From: Oculatellaceae cyanobacterium bins.114
Lineage (GTDB): Bacteria > Cyanobacteriota > Cyanobacteriia > Elainellales > Elainellaceae
Assembly (NCBI GenBank): GCA_033764315.1
Contig: JANRJA010000215.1
Location: 1 to 55,456 of the forward strand
Direction: 5' to 3'
DNA length: 55,456 bases
Every line of letters starts with the position of its first letter. Positions within the stretch are counted from its first letter, which is position 1. Position numbers and translations under genes: made by a program. Below are positions 42,344 to 53,766 of this stretch, one piece after another. The notes under the pieces are model-generated. The model was not told the DNA's origin and did no database searches. It worked only from the letters and a program-made list of their open reading frames with translations.

Positions 42344-43423
42344 ATGGCATTAGTGCCAATGCGACTGCTGCTGGATCACGCAGCCGAAAATGGTTATGGC
42401 ATCCCTGCATTTAACGTCAACAATATGGAGCAGATCCAGGCAATCATGCAGGCTGCTGCTGAGACTGATAGCCCTGTGATCCTGCAAGCCTCTCGTGGTG
42501 CTCGTAAGTATGCAGGTGAAAACTTCCTCCGTCACCTGATTCTGGCGGCGATCGAGACTTACCCTCAGATCCCCATTGTGATGCACCAGGATCACGGTAA
42601 CGAACCTGCAACTTGCTACTCTGCCATCAAGAACGGCTTCACCAGCGTGATGATGGACGGTTCCCTAGAAGCGGATGCTAAGAGTCCAGCCAGCTTTGAG
42701 TACAACGTTCGGGTGACGAGCGAAGTCGTCAAAGTCGCTCACGCGATCGGGGCGAGCGTTGAAGGTGAATTAGGTTGTCTGGGTTCTCTAGAAACAGGAC
42801 AGGGCGAAGCCGAAGACGGTCATGGATTTGAGGGCACTCTTTCCCACGATCAACTGTTGACTGACCCTGATGAAGCGGTTCAGTTTGTCGAAGCAACTCA
42901 AGTGGATGCGCTAGCAGTGGCGATCGGCACCAGCCACGGTGCTTACAAGTTCACTCGCAAACCAACGGGTGAAATTTTGGCAATCAGCCGCATCGAAGAA
43001 ATTCACCGTCGTCTGCCTAACACTCACCTGGTGATGCACGGATCTTCCTCCGTTCCTGAAGATTTGTTGGCATTGATCAACCAGTACGGTGGCACGATTC
43101 CTGAAACCTATGGTGTACCTGTTGAAGAAATTCAAAAGGGCATCAAGAGCGGTGTTCGTAAAATTAACATCGACACTGACAACCGTTTGGCTATCACCGC
43201 TGCGGTTCGTGAAGCGTTGGCAAAGGATACGAAAGAATTTGACCCCCGTCACTTCTTGAAGCCTTCCATTAAGTACATGCAAAAAGTTTGTGCTGACCGT
43301 TACAACCAGTTTGGCACGGCTGGCAATGCAAGCAAGATCAAACAAGTCTCTCTTGAAGATTACGCTGCAAAATATGCCAAAGGCGAATTGGCAGCGGTCA
43401 CCAAGAAAACCGTTGGTGTTTAG
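42344..43423 (+). CDS. fbaA: Fructose-bisphosphate aldolase class II
   Basis: [36 protein letters not shown]. Confidence 0.98.
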   Translation: MALVPMRLLLDHAAENGYGIPAFNVNNMEQIQAIMQAAAETDSPVILQASRGARKYAGENFLRHLILAAIETYPQIPIVMHQDHGNEPATCYSAIKNGFTSVMMDGSLEADAKSPASFEYNVRVTSEVVKVAHAIGASVEGELGCLGSLETGQGEAEDGHGFEGTLSHDQLLTDPDEAVQFVEATQVDALAVAIGTSHGAYKFTRKPTGEILAISRIEEIHRRLPNTHLVMHGSSSVPEDLLALINQYGGTIPETYGVPVEEIQKGIKSGVRKINIDTDNRLAITAAVREALAKDTKEFDPRHFLKPSIKYMQKVCADRYNQFGTAGNASKIKQVSLEDYAAKYAKGELAAVTKKTVGV

Positions 43424-43479
43424 TTTCGCTCATTCCCGTCTCATTCGATAGAAGAGACAACTCAGTAAGAATTCATTGA

Positions 43480-43514
43480 AAGCCGGACAGTTCATCCTGT
43501 CCGGCTTCTTTTTT
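43480..43514 (+). terminator. Rho-independent terminator after fbaA
   Basis: AAGCCGGACAG-TTCATC-CTGTCCGGCTT followed by CTTTTTT. Confidence 0.8.
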
Positions 43515-43515
43515 A

Positions 43516-43596
43516 GGTAGTCCTAAACAAGTAAGGATATGCCGCGCGGGGCGCGGCATATCCTTACTCAAAAATCATTACTTTTAGAGAACTACC
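43516..43596. repeat. MITE/SDR-like element with 18-bp perfect inner stem
   Basis: GGTAGTCCTAAA...TTTAGAGAACTACC ends; inner AGTAAGGATATGCCGCGC-GGG-GCGCGGCATATCCTTACT. Confidence 0.65.
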
Positions 43597-43600
43597 CTTT

Positions 43601-44911
43601 TTAAGGAGAGGTTGGGGCGGGTTGAGGGGGTTGGCTGGCCGTTTGAATCTGGGTATTAAAGTAATTCACCCTACCGACGTAGTTCATCTGCTGTGCCAGC
43701 TGCAAACCTCGGCGATAGAGGGCGATCGCTTGAGGAGCATTCCCGCGTGCCTGATAAAGTTGCGCCATCTGGTCAAAGACATTCATCATGCCGAGGTTGT
43801 CGTAGGTTTGTTGGCGCACATCCAGCAACAGCTGATAGACCACCAGTGCATCCTCTAGGCGATCGAGTGAACGATATAAGTCAGCTAACCGTTGCAGGGC
43901 ATCTGCTCCATATCCATATTGCTGCCCTGAGCGAGCCACTGCAAACGCCTCTTGATAACTCGAAGCGGCTAAATCAGGGCGATCGAGTGCCAGGTAAGCA
44001 TCTCCCATTTCGAGCTTGATTGGGGGAATCTCGATGTATTGTCGTTGCCGTTCATAGACATCCACTAACTGCTGCTGAACAGCAACCGCCTGTTGAGGTT
44101 GATTATTTTGTTGATAAATATAGGCTAATTGGCGTAAATAAGTGATTTCGTTATTCCGGTTGCCGTCTTCTCGTGCCAATCGCAATAGATCGGTATATAC
44201 CTCACCTGCACTAGTGAAATCAAACCAGGCCAGATGCAACTGTCCCAGATCAAGCAAAGTTCTCTGTTCTAGGCGTCGGTTTTGTCGTTGTCGTGCCTGC
44301 GCCAAAATTTCGTTATACAACCCAACCGCTGGCTCAATCACCCGCATCTTTTGATAAGTCCGAGCGATCGTCAGCAACATTGGGTAATCCACCGGATTTT
44401 GAGCCTGCACCTCCTGCTGAAGCTGCTGGAGTCGTTGACTGATAACTCGCACTTCAGTCGTTTGGTTCTCACGCCATGCCACTTCACCGACTCGGCTAAG
44501 TGCTTGCACTTCTTCTTCAACCCCTAAAACCCGACGCAGTCGCAATTCACGGTTCCAGATCTCAAATGCTCCAGGAATATCGCCTGCCCGGGCTTTTGCC
44601 TCTGCTTGCCGTTGCAATTCGTCCAACGCTGTCGTCAAAATTCTGCGCTCTTGAGGGCTGAGGGGGCGATCGACAATCAAGTTGGGATAAAGCGGATCGT
44701 CTTCAACCGACTCCTCTAAAGGATTTGCCGGAAATGATTCTACTGGCGGCGGGTCGTTTTCGACTGACTCCCTTGATGGATTTGCCGGAAGCGGTTCTAC
44801 TGGCTGTTGAGCGATCGCCACCGAGGGTGTCACGACGGCTACAAGAGCGATCGCCAGTCCCATCTTGCGCCACTGTTTCAATGTCCAAAACCAACGGTTA
44901 CACGATCCCAT
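43601..44911 (-). CDS. Exported TPR-like protein
   Basis: Signal-like segment GLAIALVAVVTPSVAIAQ and helical repeats. Start uncertain (44911 or 44863). Confidence 0.8.
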   Translation of the reverse strand: MGSCNRWFWTLKQWRKMGLAIALVAVVTPSVAIAQQPVEPLPANPSRESVENDPPPVESFPANPLEESVEDDPLYPNLIVDRPLSPQERRILTTALDELQRQAEAKARAGDIPGAFEIWNRELRLRRVLGVEEEVQALSRVGEVAWRENQTTEVRVISQRLQQLQQEVQAQNPVDYPMLLTIARTYQKMRVIEPAVGLYNEILAQARQRQNRRLEQRTLLDLGQLHLAWFDFTSAGEVYTDLLRLAREDGNRNNEITYLRQLAYIYQQNNQPQQAVAVQQQLVDVYERQRQYIEIPPIKLEMGDAYLALDRPDLAASSYQEAFAVARSGQQYGYGADALQRLADLYRSLDRLEDALVVYQLLLDVRQQTYDNLGMMNVFDQMAQLYQARGNAPQAIALYRRGLQLAQQMNYVGRVNYFNTQIQTASQPPQPAPTSP

Positions 44912-45104
44912 AAATTCGGTGTCTCTTTTCTCTGCTCTAGTGTACTGCAAGGAGAAGGGGGAGTAGGGAATAGAGAGGAGGGAATGAAAACAGGCAGGAT
45001 GAAGCGAGCCCGAAAGGGGAATCAATTTTAAAGGTTAACCTCAAAGGCTGACCGTTCCTGTTGCTCCCATACTCCTTTTCCCGTTCCCTTGTTTGATACC
45101 TTAA

Positions 45105-47201
<2,097 letters not shown>

Positions 47202-47281
47202 GGTCAGGTGCCAAATCAGTCGGTGTGGCAACTTCCAATGTTCCGATGTAGTCATTATTACTAGTGCCATAGCCGCCCTTT

Positions 47282-49015
47282 ATGAAATGGACTCCACCCT
47301 CACACTCAACGGCTCATCCTGGCTTGATCGCGTCAAATTGGTTACAAACAGCACTTGGCATGTCGTGTCTGGCAACTCTGTTGACGGCTACACCCGCCCT
47401 CGGTGCAGAACGCATCTACATTTCCTACGGCTTGTTAGAACGTTCAGTTTCGGTTAAGTCGCTAGAGACTTACGCCAACGAAGGCACGATCGAAGATGAT
47501 CTGCGAGCTTATGCTGCTTACGCCACACCTGAGGAATTAGAACAGCTACGCACCTTGCTGGATAGTCCAGCAGCACTCAATATTGACGTGGTGGCTGTTT
47601 CACAATTTTTGTATACGCCACAAGGAGAGTTCATTCTTGGAGAAATAGGTCAGTTAATTCAAACGGAGGCGCGACAATCAGGATTTTATGCCATTCGAGC
47701 AGCCCTGATTTTGGCAGCCGCTGATGAAGCAGGAGGCGGACTCACCCCACTCAATATCTTGCGTCACTTTCCGGGATATGGCATTCGGCTCGATGTGCAA
47801 AACACATTGCAAGTGGTGCGCGAGTTACAACAGTTGATTAACGAAACCAATATGGCGATCGCCACAGTCGAACAACAAGCAACGATTGAAGCCGCCACTG
47901 AACTGACCCCCAATTACACCCAACTGCCTAATCTAGAAGCTCGTGGGCCGTATACCTGGGAGATGCAAACCATCACTCTCAAAGACCGCAGTCGCGATCG
48001 CGATCTTAGCCAAGGTGTCGATCGCACTTACCAGAGCGATCTCTACTTGCCCTTAACGGCGACTGGTGCTCCACTTCGGACTGCCGCTCCAGTCATTGTG
48101 ATTTCCCACGGGCTGGGGTCTGATCGCACTGCCTATGCTTACCTGGCACGTCATCTTGCTTCTTATGGGTTTGCTGTTGCCGTGCCTGAGCACCCCGGCA
48201 GCAACTCCGATCAGCTAGAGGCCTTGATCGAAGGACGCGCCAGTGATGTCACTCAACCGAACGAATTTATCGATCGACCTCATGACATTACATTTTTACT
48301 AGATCATTTGGAATATCGATCTCAAATTGATCCATTCCTGCGCGGACGGCTTGACTTGCAACGAGTGGGAGTCGTTGGGCAATCTCTGGGAGGTTACACA
48401 GCCTTAGCTCTGGCAGGAGCCAGAATTAACATTCCTGAGTTAAGCCGCAACTGCCCACCTCGCGATCCGTTTAACATCTCACTGTTGCTTCAATGTCAAG
48501 CTCTTAACTCCTCCCAGGCCACTGTGTCTTTAAGAGATGAACGGGTGAAAGCGATCATTCCGATTAACCCCATTGGCAGCAGCTTGTTAGGGGAACAAGG
48601 CTTTGGTGACGTAGACATTCCAGTCATGATGATTAGCGGCAATGCTGACACCGTTGCGCCATCTTTGCTAGAGCAGATGCAGCCTTTTACCTGGTTGGGC
48701 ACCTCTGATAAATATCTGGTGTTGATGCGAGGTGGAACCCACTTTTCGACGTTGGGAGACCCTGCCCCTGGTGCGACGGTGGTTGATCTGCCTCCTGAAT
48801 TGGTGGGTCCCGATCGCCCCACAGCTCGACTTTATCTGAGTGCTTTAAGTGTTGCCTTCTTTCAAACCTACATAGCTGATCAACCGGACTACAGCCGCTA
48901 TTTACGGTCTGCTTATGCGAGAACCATTAGCAAAGAGACATTGCCTCTGCGCTTAGTCCGTTTTCTCACCTTCAATCAACTGGCGCGATCGCTAGAATCT
49001 ACCCCATCTCCTTAA
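47282..49015 (+). CDS. Alpha/beta hydrolase with N-terminal DUF1400-like domain
   Basis: AERIYISYG, VISHGLGS, GQSLGG nucleophile elbow, GTHFS. Confidence 0.9.
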   Translation: MKWTPPSHSTAHPGLIASNWLQTALGMSCLATLLTATPALGAERIYISYGLLERSVSVKSLETYANEGTIEDDLRAYAAYATPEELEQLRTLLDSPAALNIDVVAVSQFLYTPQGEFILGEIGQLIQTEARQSGFYAIRAALILAAADEAGGGLTPLNILRHFPGYGIRLDVQNTLQVVRELQQLINETNMAIATVEQQATIEAATELTPNYTQLPNLEARGPYTWEMQTITLKDRSRDRDLSQGVDRTYQSDLYLPLTATGAPLRTAAPVIVISHGLGSDRTAYAYLARHLASYGFAVAVPEHPGSNSDQLEALIEGRASDVTQPNEFIDRPHDITFLLDHLEYRSQIDPFLRGRLDLQRVGVVGQSLGGYTALALAGARINIPELSRNCPPRDPFNISLLLQCQALNSSQATVSLRDERVKAIIPINPIGSSLLGEQGFGDVDIPVMMISGNADTVAPSLLEQMQPFTWLGTSDKYLVLMRGGTHFSTLGDPAPGATVVDLPPELVGPDRPTARLYLSALSVAFFQTYIADQPDYSRYLRSAYARTISKETLPLRLVRFLTFNQLARSLESTPSP

Positions 49016-49138
49016 AAAGAACGATCAAAAAACTTCCTCAACGTTAGCTACCCCCGATCTCAAAACCGCTATCTAGAATGAAGCTAACGCTGATCAACAC
49101 CCCCCCATCCACAAACGTATTAAGGAGGCATTTCAGGG

Positions 49139-50167
49139 ATGTATACCGAGGAGTTAAAAGCTACAGCAAAGGCAATGGTTGCCCCAGGGAAAGGGATTTT
49201 GGCGGCTGATGAGAGCTATAGCACTGCCAACAAACGCTTTCAAAAGTTAGGAATTCCGACGACCGAAGAAATGCGACGAGCCTATCGTGAGATGTTGTTT
49301 ACCACATCAGGCATTGGCGACTTCTTTAGTGGGGTGATTTTATTTGATGAAACAATTCGGCAAGCTACCACAGATGGGGTGCCGTTTACTCAAGTCTTGA
49401 TGGATGCGGGCATCATTCCCGGAATTAAGCTAGATGCCGGGGCAAAACCGCTCGCAAAATCTCCCCATGAGCTTGTCACTGAGGGTTTAGATGGATTGCG
49501 CGATCGCATCCAAGAGTACTACAACATGGGTGCTCGCTTTGCCAAGTGGCGAGCGGTGATTACCATTGGCGCAGGCATTCCTTCTCGTCGTTGCATCGAG
49601 GTCAATGCCCATGCTCTAGCGCGTTATGCCGCACTCTGCCAAGAAAGCGGATTAGTCCCCATTGTTGAACCAGAAGTGTTAATGGATGGCGACCACACGC
49701 TAGAACGAAGCTATGAGGTGCACCAGGAAACTCTCAAGACCGTCTTTTATGAGTTGCACCACCAGGGTGTTGACCTGGATCAAATGATCTTGAAACCCAG
49801 TATGGTGATTCCTGGTGAAAGCTCACCGCATCAGGTCACTGTAGAAGAGGTTGCTAGAGCTACCGTTAAATGTTTGCTCGATTGCGTCCCTGCTTCCGTG
49901 CCGGGATGCGCTTTTTTGTCTGGGGGACAAAGCGATGAAGTCGCCACCGCTCACTTAAATGCAATGAATCAACTCTTTAAGGGACAACTCCCCTGGAAGC
50001 TCACCTTCTCCTATGGTCGGGCATTGCAACAAGCCGCTATGGAAACCTGGGGAGGGCAAGATGCTAACGTACCAGCGGCGCAAAAAGCGTTGCATCACCG
50101 CGCTAAGTGCAATAGTGCTGCTGCTTTGGGTAACTATAGCCACGACATGGAAGCCGTGACGGTTTAA
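49139..50167 (+). CDS. fda: Fructose-bisphosphate aldolase class I
   Basis: GKGILAADES, FAKWRAV, VPIVEPEV, LKPSMV, FLSGGQ, FSYGRALQ. Confidence 0.95.
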   Translation: MYTEELKATAKAMVAPGKGILAADESYSTANKRFQKLGIPTTEEMRRAYREMLFTTSGIGDFFSGVILFDETIRQATTDGVPFTQVLMDAGIIPGIKLDAGAKPLAKSPHELVTEGLDGLRDRIQEYYNMGARFAKWRAVITIGAGIPSRRCIEVNAHALARYAALCQESGLVPIVEPEVLMDGDHTLERSYEVHQETLKTVFYELHHQGVDLDQMILKPSMVIPGESSPHQVTVEEVARATVKCLLDCVPASVPGCAFLSGGQSDEVATAHLNAMNQLFKGQLPWKLTFSYGRALQQAAMETWGGQDANVPAAQKALHHRAKCNSAAALGNYSHDMEAVTV

Positions 50168-50186
50168 CTGATTTGACAGAACAACC

Positions 50187-50217
50187 AATCCCCGGAATCT
50201 TCAAAATTCTGGGGATT
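50187..50217. repeat. SDR-type hairpin / possible terminator
   Basis: AATCCCCGGAAT-CTTCAAA-ATTCTGGGGATT. Confidence 0.55.
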
Positions 50218-50251
50218 TCAATTGAAAACTCACTACCCACAAGCGATTGTG

Positions 50252-50345
50252 TATGGCGGTGTGCAAGTTGCTTCAGTATCGGGGGTGTGAAAGCTTTGCC
50301 CCAACCCACTTTCGCTCAAGCCCCTGCACCCAGTCCTAACCAACT
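50252..50345 (-). mobile_element. Degenerate inverted copy of MITE-like element C
   Basis: CCCCTGCACCCAGTCCTAACC is the reverse complement of 7780-7800 with one mismatch. The GGGGGTGTG segment is also shared. Confidence 0.55.
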
Positions 50346-50520
50346 CTTTAGTTGCCAATCACATAAACCAGTCTTTGGGCATCCTTGGGGATCAAATGCT
50401 AAGATTCACACAGTTACAGCTTTAAGGGATGATCCGGGAGTGAAGCCATTTCCCCTTTAGAGAGCTGTTTTGCATCGTCTAGAGTTAGTAGCTAAAGTAG
50501 TGCCCATTAGAGAGTACTGA

Positions 50521-51606
50521 GTGATAGCAAGACTTTCTATTTACGCCACATTCTTGTTAGGAGCTTTGGCGTTTTGGTGGGGTGTTCGGATTGGTCGGCT
50601 TCTACTAAAACGAGGGGCGACGGCTGACAACCTCTTTAGAGGCAAAGATTCAGCTTCTCTGGCTTTTTTAGGGTTTTACTTTCTTTTGATGCTGTTGGCG
50701 TTGCATGTGCCCCAACTGCAAGAGTTGCCGTTAGAATTGCGGGTTCACGGAATGCAAGTGACCTGGACGATTTTACGAGTGATCTTGCTGGGCATGTGTG
50801 GGGTAGGGTTTATCATCAGTTGGAAAACAGCTCGCCTGCAAGTAATTGCCGTGGTGTTGGTAGGCTTGGTGGGGTTAGGAGGCTTCACCGCTGCCGAAGC
50901 CTATTTCTTGCAACCCATTTACACGTCTTTGCGCGACAACCTCAGACCCAACGGAGTATTTCAACAAACGTCTTCGAGCAGTTGTGCTCCGGCGGCCTTA
51001 GCCACCGTTTTATATCAGTGGGGGTTAAATGCAACTGAGTCAGATGTAGCTCGATATGCTGGAACAAGTCGCTTGGGCACCTCTATGCCACAACTGATTG
51101 TTGCGGCACGAGCATTGGGGATGGATGGCTTAGAGCTATCCCCCACGTGGGAGCAAATGCAGCAAATCAATCGACCGGGAGTGCTGGCAACTTGGCTCTA
51201 TGGCGAGAATGGTCGAGTTGCCCATGCAACGGCGTTGTTGAGTTTGAGTGATGAGGTGGCGACGATCGCCGACCCGGCATTTGGCAAGATCTATCGGGTA
51301 ACGCGATCGCAATTTGACCGCATTTGGCGACACACCTATGTTCCTATTTTTCGCCCAACTGATGACTTATTGACACCTACTCAAGCGGCTACTTATTTAC
51401 AAAAACTAGGGTTTTGGCAGCCCGCAACTCCGATCGCTGATCCGGGGCGATCGCCTGATTTAAAAGCTGCGGTTCAACAATTTCAGACATCAATGGCGTT
51501 GAAAGCGACCGGAGATCTAGATCCAGAAACAGTGTTGTTCCTGACAGGTCCGTTTTTACAGAAGGCTCCTACCCTAAAATCTCGACCCCGGCCCTCTGAT
51601 TTGTAA
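50521..51606 (+). CDS. Membrane-anchored C39-family cysteine peptidase with C-terminal peptidoglycan-binding domain
   Basis: Four N-terminal TM helices; QQTSSSSCAPAAL, AHATAL, IADPAFG; LKAAVQQFQ..MALKATG.LDPET. Confidence 0.85.
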   Translation: MIARLSIYATFLLGALAFWWGVRIGRLLLKRGATADNLFRGKDSASLAFLGFYFLLMLLALHVPQLQELPLELRVHGMQVTWTILRVILLGMCGVGFIISWKTARLQVIAVVLVGLVGLGGFTAAEAYFLQPIYTSLRDNLRPNGVFQQTSSSSCAPAALATVLYQWGLNATESDVARYAGTSRLGTSMPQLIVAARALGMDGLELSPTWEQMQQINRPGVLATWLYGENGRVAHATALLSLSDEVATIADPAFGKIYRVTRSQFDRIWRHTYVPIFRPTDDLLTPTQAATYLQKLGFWQPATPIADPGRSPDLKAAVQQFQTSMALKATGDLDPETVLFLTGPFLQKAPTLKSRPRPSDL

Positions 51607-51650
51607 CCCTTGATCTCACAGCGTACGTCCAGGATAAATGTCAGCAACAT

Positions 51651-51698
51651 CTCGTTTCCAGGCAGAGCCTGGAAATGCCATGCTAGAGGCTCTGCCTC
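51651..51698. repeat. SDR/REP-type double hairpin
   Basis: TTTCCAGGC-AGA-GCCTGGAAA and GAGGC-TCT-GCCTC. Confidence 0.55.
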
Positions 51699-51804
51699 CT
51701 GACTCCATCCGTGCAGGCAAAGGTAACACAAGAGGGATGACATCAACAGAAGTAGCCTATGAGTTGATAAAACATAGTCTAAAAGTTACTCGATTAAAGC
51801 ATTT

Positions 51805-52218
51805 TTATATTCGTTCAATAATCGGACAAATTGTTTCTTCAGGATGTTCAGAAATACTTTGCCATCCTGATAAAAGACCACTCAATTCTTGTCTTAAAAC
51901 GTGTAGCTGTTGAATTTGCTGTTCAATGTCTTGCAGCTTATCCTCAAGCTTGACTTTGATATGGTCACAGGGCAAATCGCCCTGGTCATGGACATTCAAA
52001 AACTCTCTAATTTCTAGGAGCGTTAAACCCAGACTTTGAGCCCGTTTGATGAACCGCAAGCGCCCAAATACATCTGAACTAAACAGCCGATAATTGCCTT
52101 CCGTGCGACCAAAGGTTTTTAGCAACCCTAACTCGTCATAATAGCGAATGGTTTTGATCGGTAGCCCACTCTCTTTCGCCACTGAGCCAATCCGGTGTAA
52201 CGTTTCCTGAGCTAACAT
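51805..52218 (-). CDS. MerR-family heavy-metal-responsive transcriptional regulator
   Basis: RIGSVA...TIRYYDELGLL, RTEGNYR, LPCDH and ICP cysteines. Confidence 0.92.
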   Translation of the reverse strand: MLAQETLHRIGSVAKESGLPIKTIRYYDELGLLKTFGRTEGNYRLFSSDVFGRLRFIKRAQSLGLTLLEIREFLNVHDQGDLPCDHIKVKLEDKLQDIEQQIQQLHVLRQELSGLLSGWQSISEHPEETICPIIERI

Positions 52219-52244
52219 GGCAGCCTCACCAATGCGATAATCTC

Positions 52245-52276
52245 ATCTTAAACTCTCCAGTGAACTAGAGAGTCAA
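52245..52276 (-). promoter_or_regulatory. MerR-type promoter/operator
   Basis: TTGACT-20bp-TAAGAT with the dyad ACTCTCCAGT-GA-ACTAGAGAGT overlapping the spacer. Confidence 0.8.
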
Positions 52277-52437
52277 GCTCTGTTGATACCCATCCATTTC
52301 AAGGGGTTTAATGAGGCAGAAGTCTTGCTATATCATGGGTCTGCGTGACTAGCGCGACGAGAAACCTCCCAAATTTTTGGAGGCTGGCAAAGCGTTGGGC
52401 AGCGTAAAAGTTGGTATTGATTGAGGGACGTTTTTCC

Positions 52438-52932
52438 ATGACAAATCATCTGGGCGGTGTGCAACGCCATCCGTTCGGGGCAGCGGATCACGGACAAGGA
52501 CCACAGTCAGGAGATGCTCAGCTCGCGTCTGGTGGTTCACTACCCTTTCTGATGGGGGTGACTATTCCCGGCGGAAGTGAACTGGTGTTTCTGAGTGGGC
52601 ATACGCCTCCTGTCATTGACCCCACAGCTCCACCCGACAGCATCCAGGCGTTTGGGGATACTTACAAGCAAACCGTTGGTGCCTTGCAGGAATTGCAACA
52701 GTCGCTAGAGCAGCTTGGTCTGACGATGAGCAATTTGGTCAAACTCCAGGTGTTTCTGGTTGGCGATCCTGCTCTGGGTGGACGCATGGACAGCGAAGGG
52801 TTCTCACGGGCGTATGCCGAATTTTTCGGGACACCAGAGCAACCCCATTTGGTAGCCAGAACCAGAGTACAGGTTGTAGGCTTAGTCAATCCTGGATGGC
52901 TGGTTGAAATCGAGGCGATCGCGGTGCGCTAA
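52438..52932 (+). CDS. RidA/YjgF family protein
   Basis: LVFLSG, LVKLQVFL, ARTRVQV, LVEIEAIA. Confidence 0.88.
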   Translation: MTNHLGGVQRHPFGAADHGQGPQSGDAQLASGGSLPFLMGVTIPGGSELVFLSGHTPPVIDPTAPPDSIQAFGDTYKQTVGALQELQQSLEQLGLTMSNLVKLQVFLVGDPALGGRMDSEGFSRAYAEFFGTPEQPHLVARTRVQVVGLVNPGWLVEIEAIAVR

Positions 52933-52937
52933 GCGCA

Positions 52938-53459
52938 TTATGCAAAGCCCTCAAAAGACGCTTCAAAACCATTGCCTTCTGGAGAAGCGCACATCATGCC
53001 TGCCTGGATCTTAGCACCGAGTAAATAGGTTAACCTGAACAGTCTGTACTCTAAATTGTCGTCTCGGTAAGAGATGTGGATAGCCTCCTGTCCACGTTCG
53101 ACACGCAGGTGTAGGACTTCGGGCGGGTTGGGTAGTGGAGTCATAGACCAGTCAGAATAGTCATGGGTAACGACAGCACTCAGATTTTGCACTCCATCGA
53201 CAAATTCAATACCTGTTTTTATCCAATGCTTTTCGTCAAACCGGAGCATGATTCCAGCCTGATCATAGAGGTCTTTGTAGTTTCCTCGAATGCCAACCTC
53301 TATCACAAAATCAGTGCTAAAGGTATTGAAGTAAAAGTGACCTGAGTCGCGAATGAAGCCATAGTGGGTCGTGCGCCAAAAGTCTGTTTTGGGAGAGGTT
53401 TTAACGGTCAGCCTATTGCCTGAATGCTTCCATTCAGTCGGTTCATTGAGCCATTGCAT
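52938..53459 (-). CDS. DUF1349-family protein
   Basis: WLNEP, KTDFWRTTHYGF, YDQAG, WIKTGIE, SDWS. Confidence 0.85.
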   Translation of the reverse strand: MQWLNEPTEWKHSGNRLTVKTSPKTDFWRTTHYGFIRDSGHFYFNTFSTDFVIEVGIRGNYKDLYDQAGIMLRFDEKHWIKTGIEFVDGVQNLSAVVTHDYSDWSMTPLPNPPEVLHLRVERGQEAIHISYRDDNLEYRLFRLTYLLGAKIQAGMMCASPEGNGFEASFEGFA

Positions 53460-53511
53460 GGGATACCTCAAGTGTATATATTACCGTCTTCGTGAACGCC
53501 AAACCGATGGT

Positions 53512-53733
53512 TTACGCGACCTGAGAGCTTTGACTTTCCTGCTGGTCGGTCGTTAGCCCCTGTTGCTGAATATTGGTGATTCTATTCAACAAGGCTGTAC
53601 GGAATTGTTCTAAGCTGTCGATTTGTTCTTCTGTTTCTTCCAGTTGAACTAATAGCAGTGCAAGAATTTTGCGATCGCCCTGTGGATGCAAAGCGGGTTG
53701 CCATTGTTGAGTCTGAGACAGCAGGTTACTCAT
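53512..53733 (-). CDS. Small coiled-coil protein resembling the MerR dimerisation helix
   Basis: AGGAG RBS 8 nt upstream; I-x3-L-x3-L-x5-QI-x2-L-x3-R-x2-L pattern. Confidence 0.7.
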   Translation of the reverse strand: MSNLLSQTQQWQPALHPQGDRKILALLLVQLEETEEQIDSLEQFRTALLNRITNIQQQGLTTDQQESQSSQVA

Positions 53734-53766
53734 TTACTCACTCCTAAAAATGGTTTGGGCTACCTA

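Noticed and set aside
50183..50229. Hairpin ending ATTGAAAAC resembling a CRISPR repeat
   Set aside because: Single copy with no spacers and no cas genes; better explained as an SDR or terminator hairpin.
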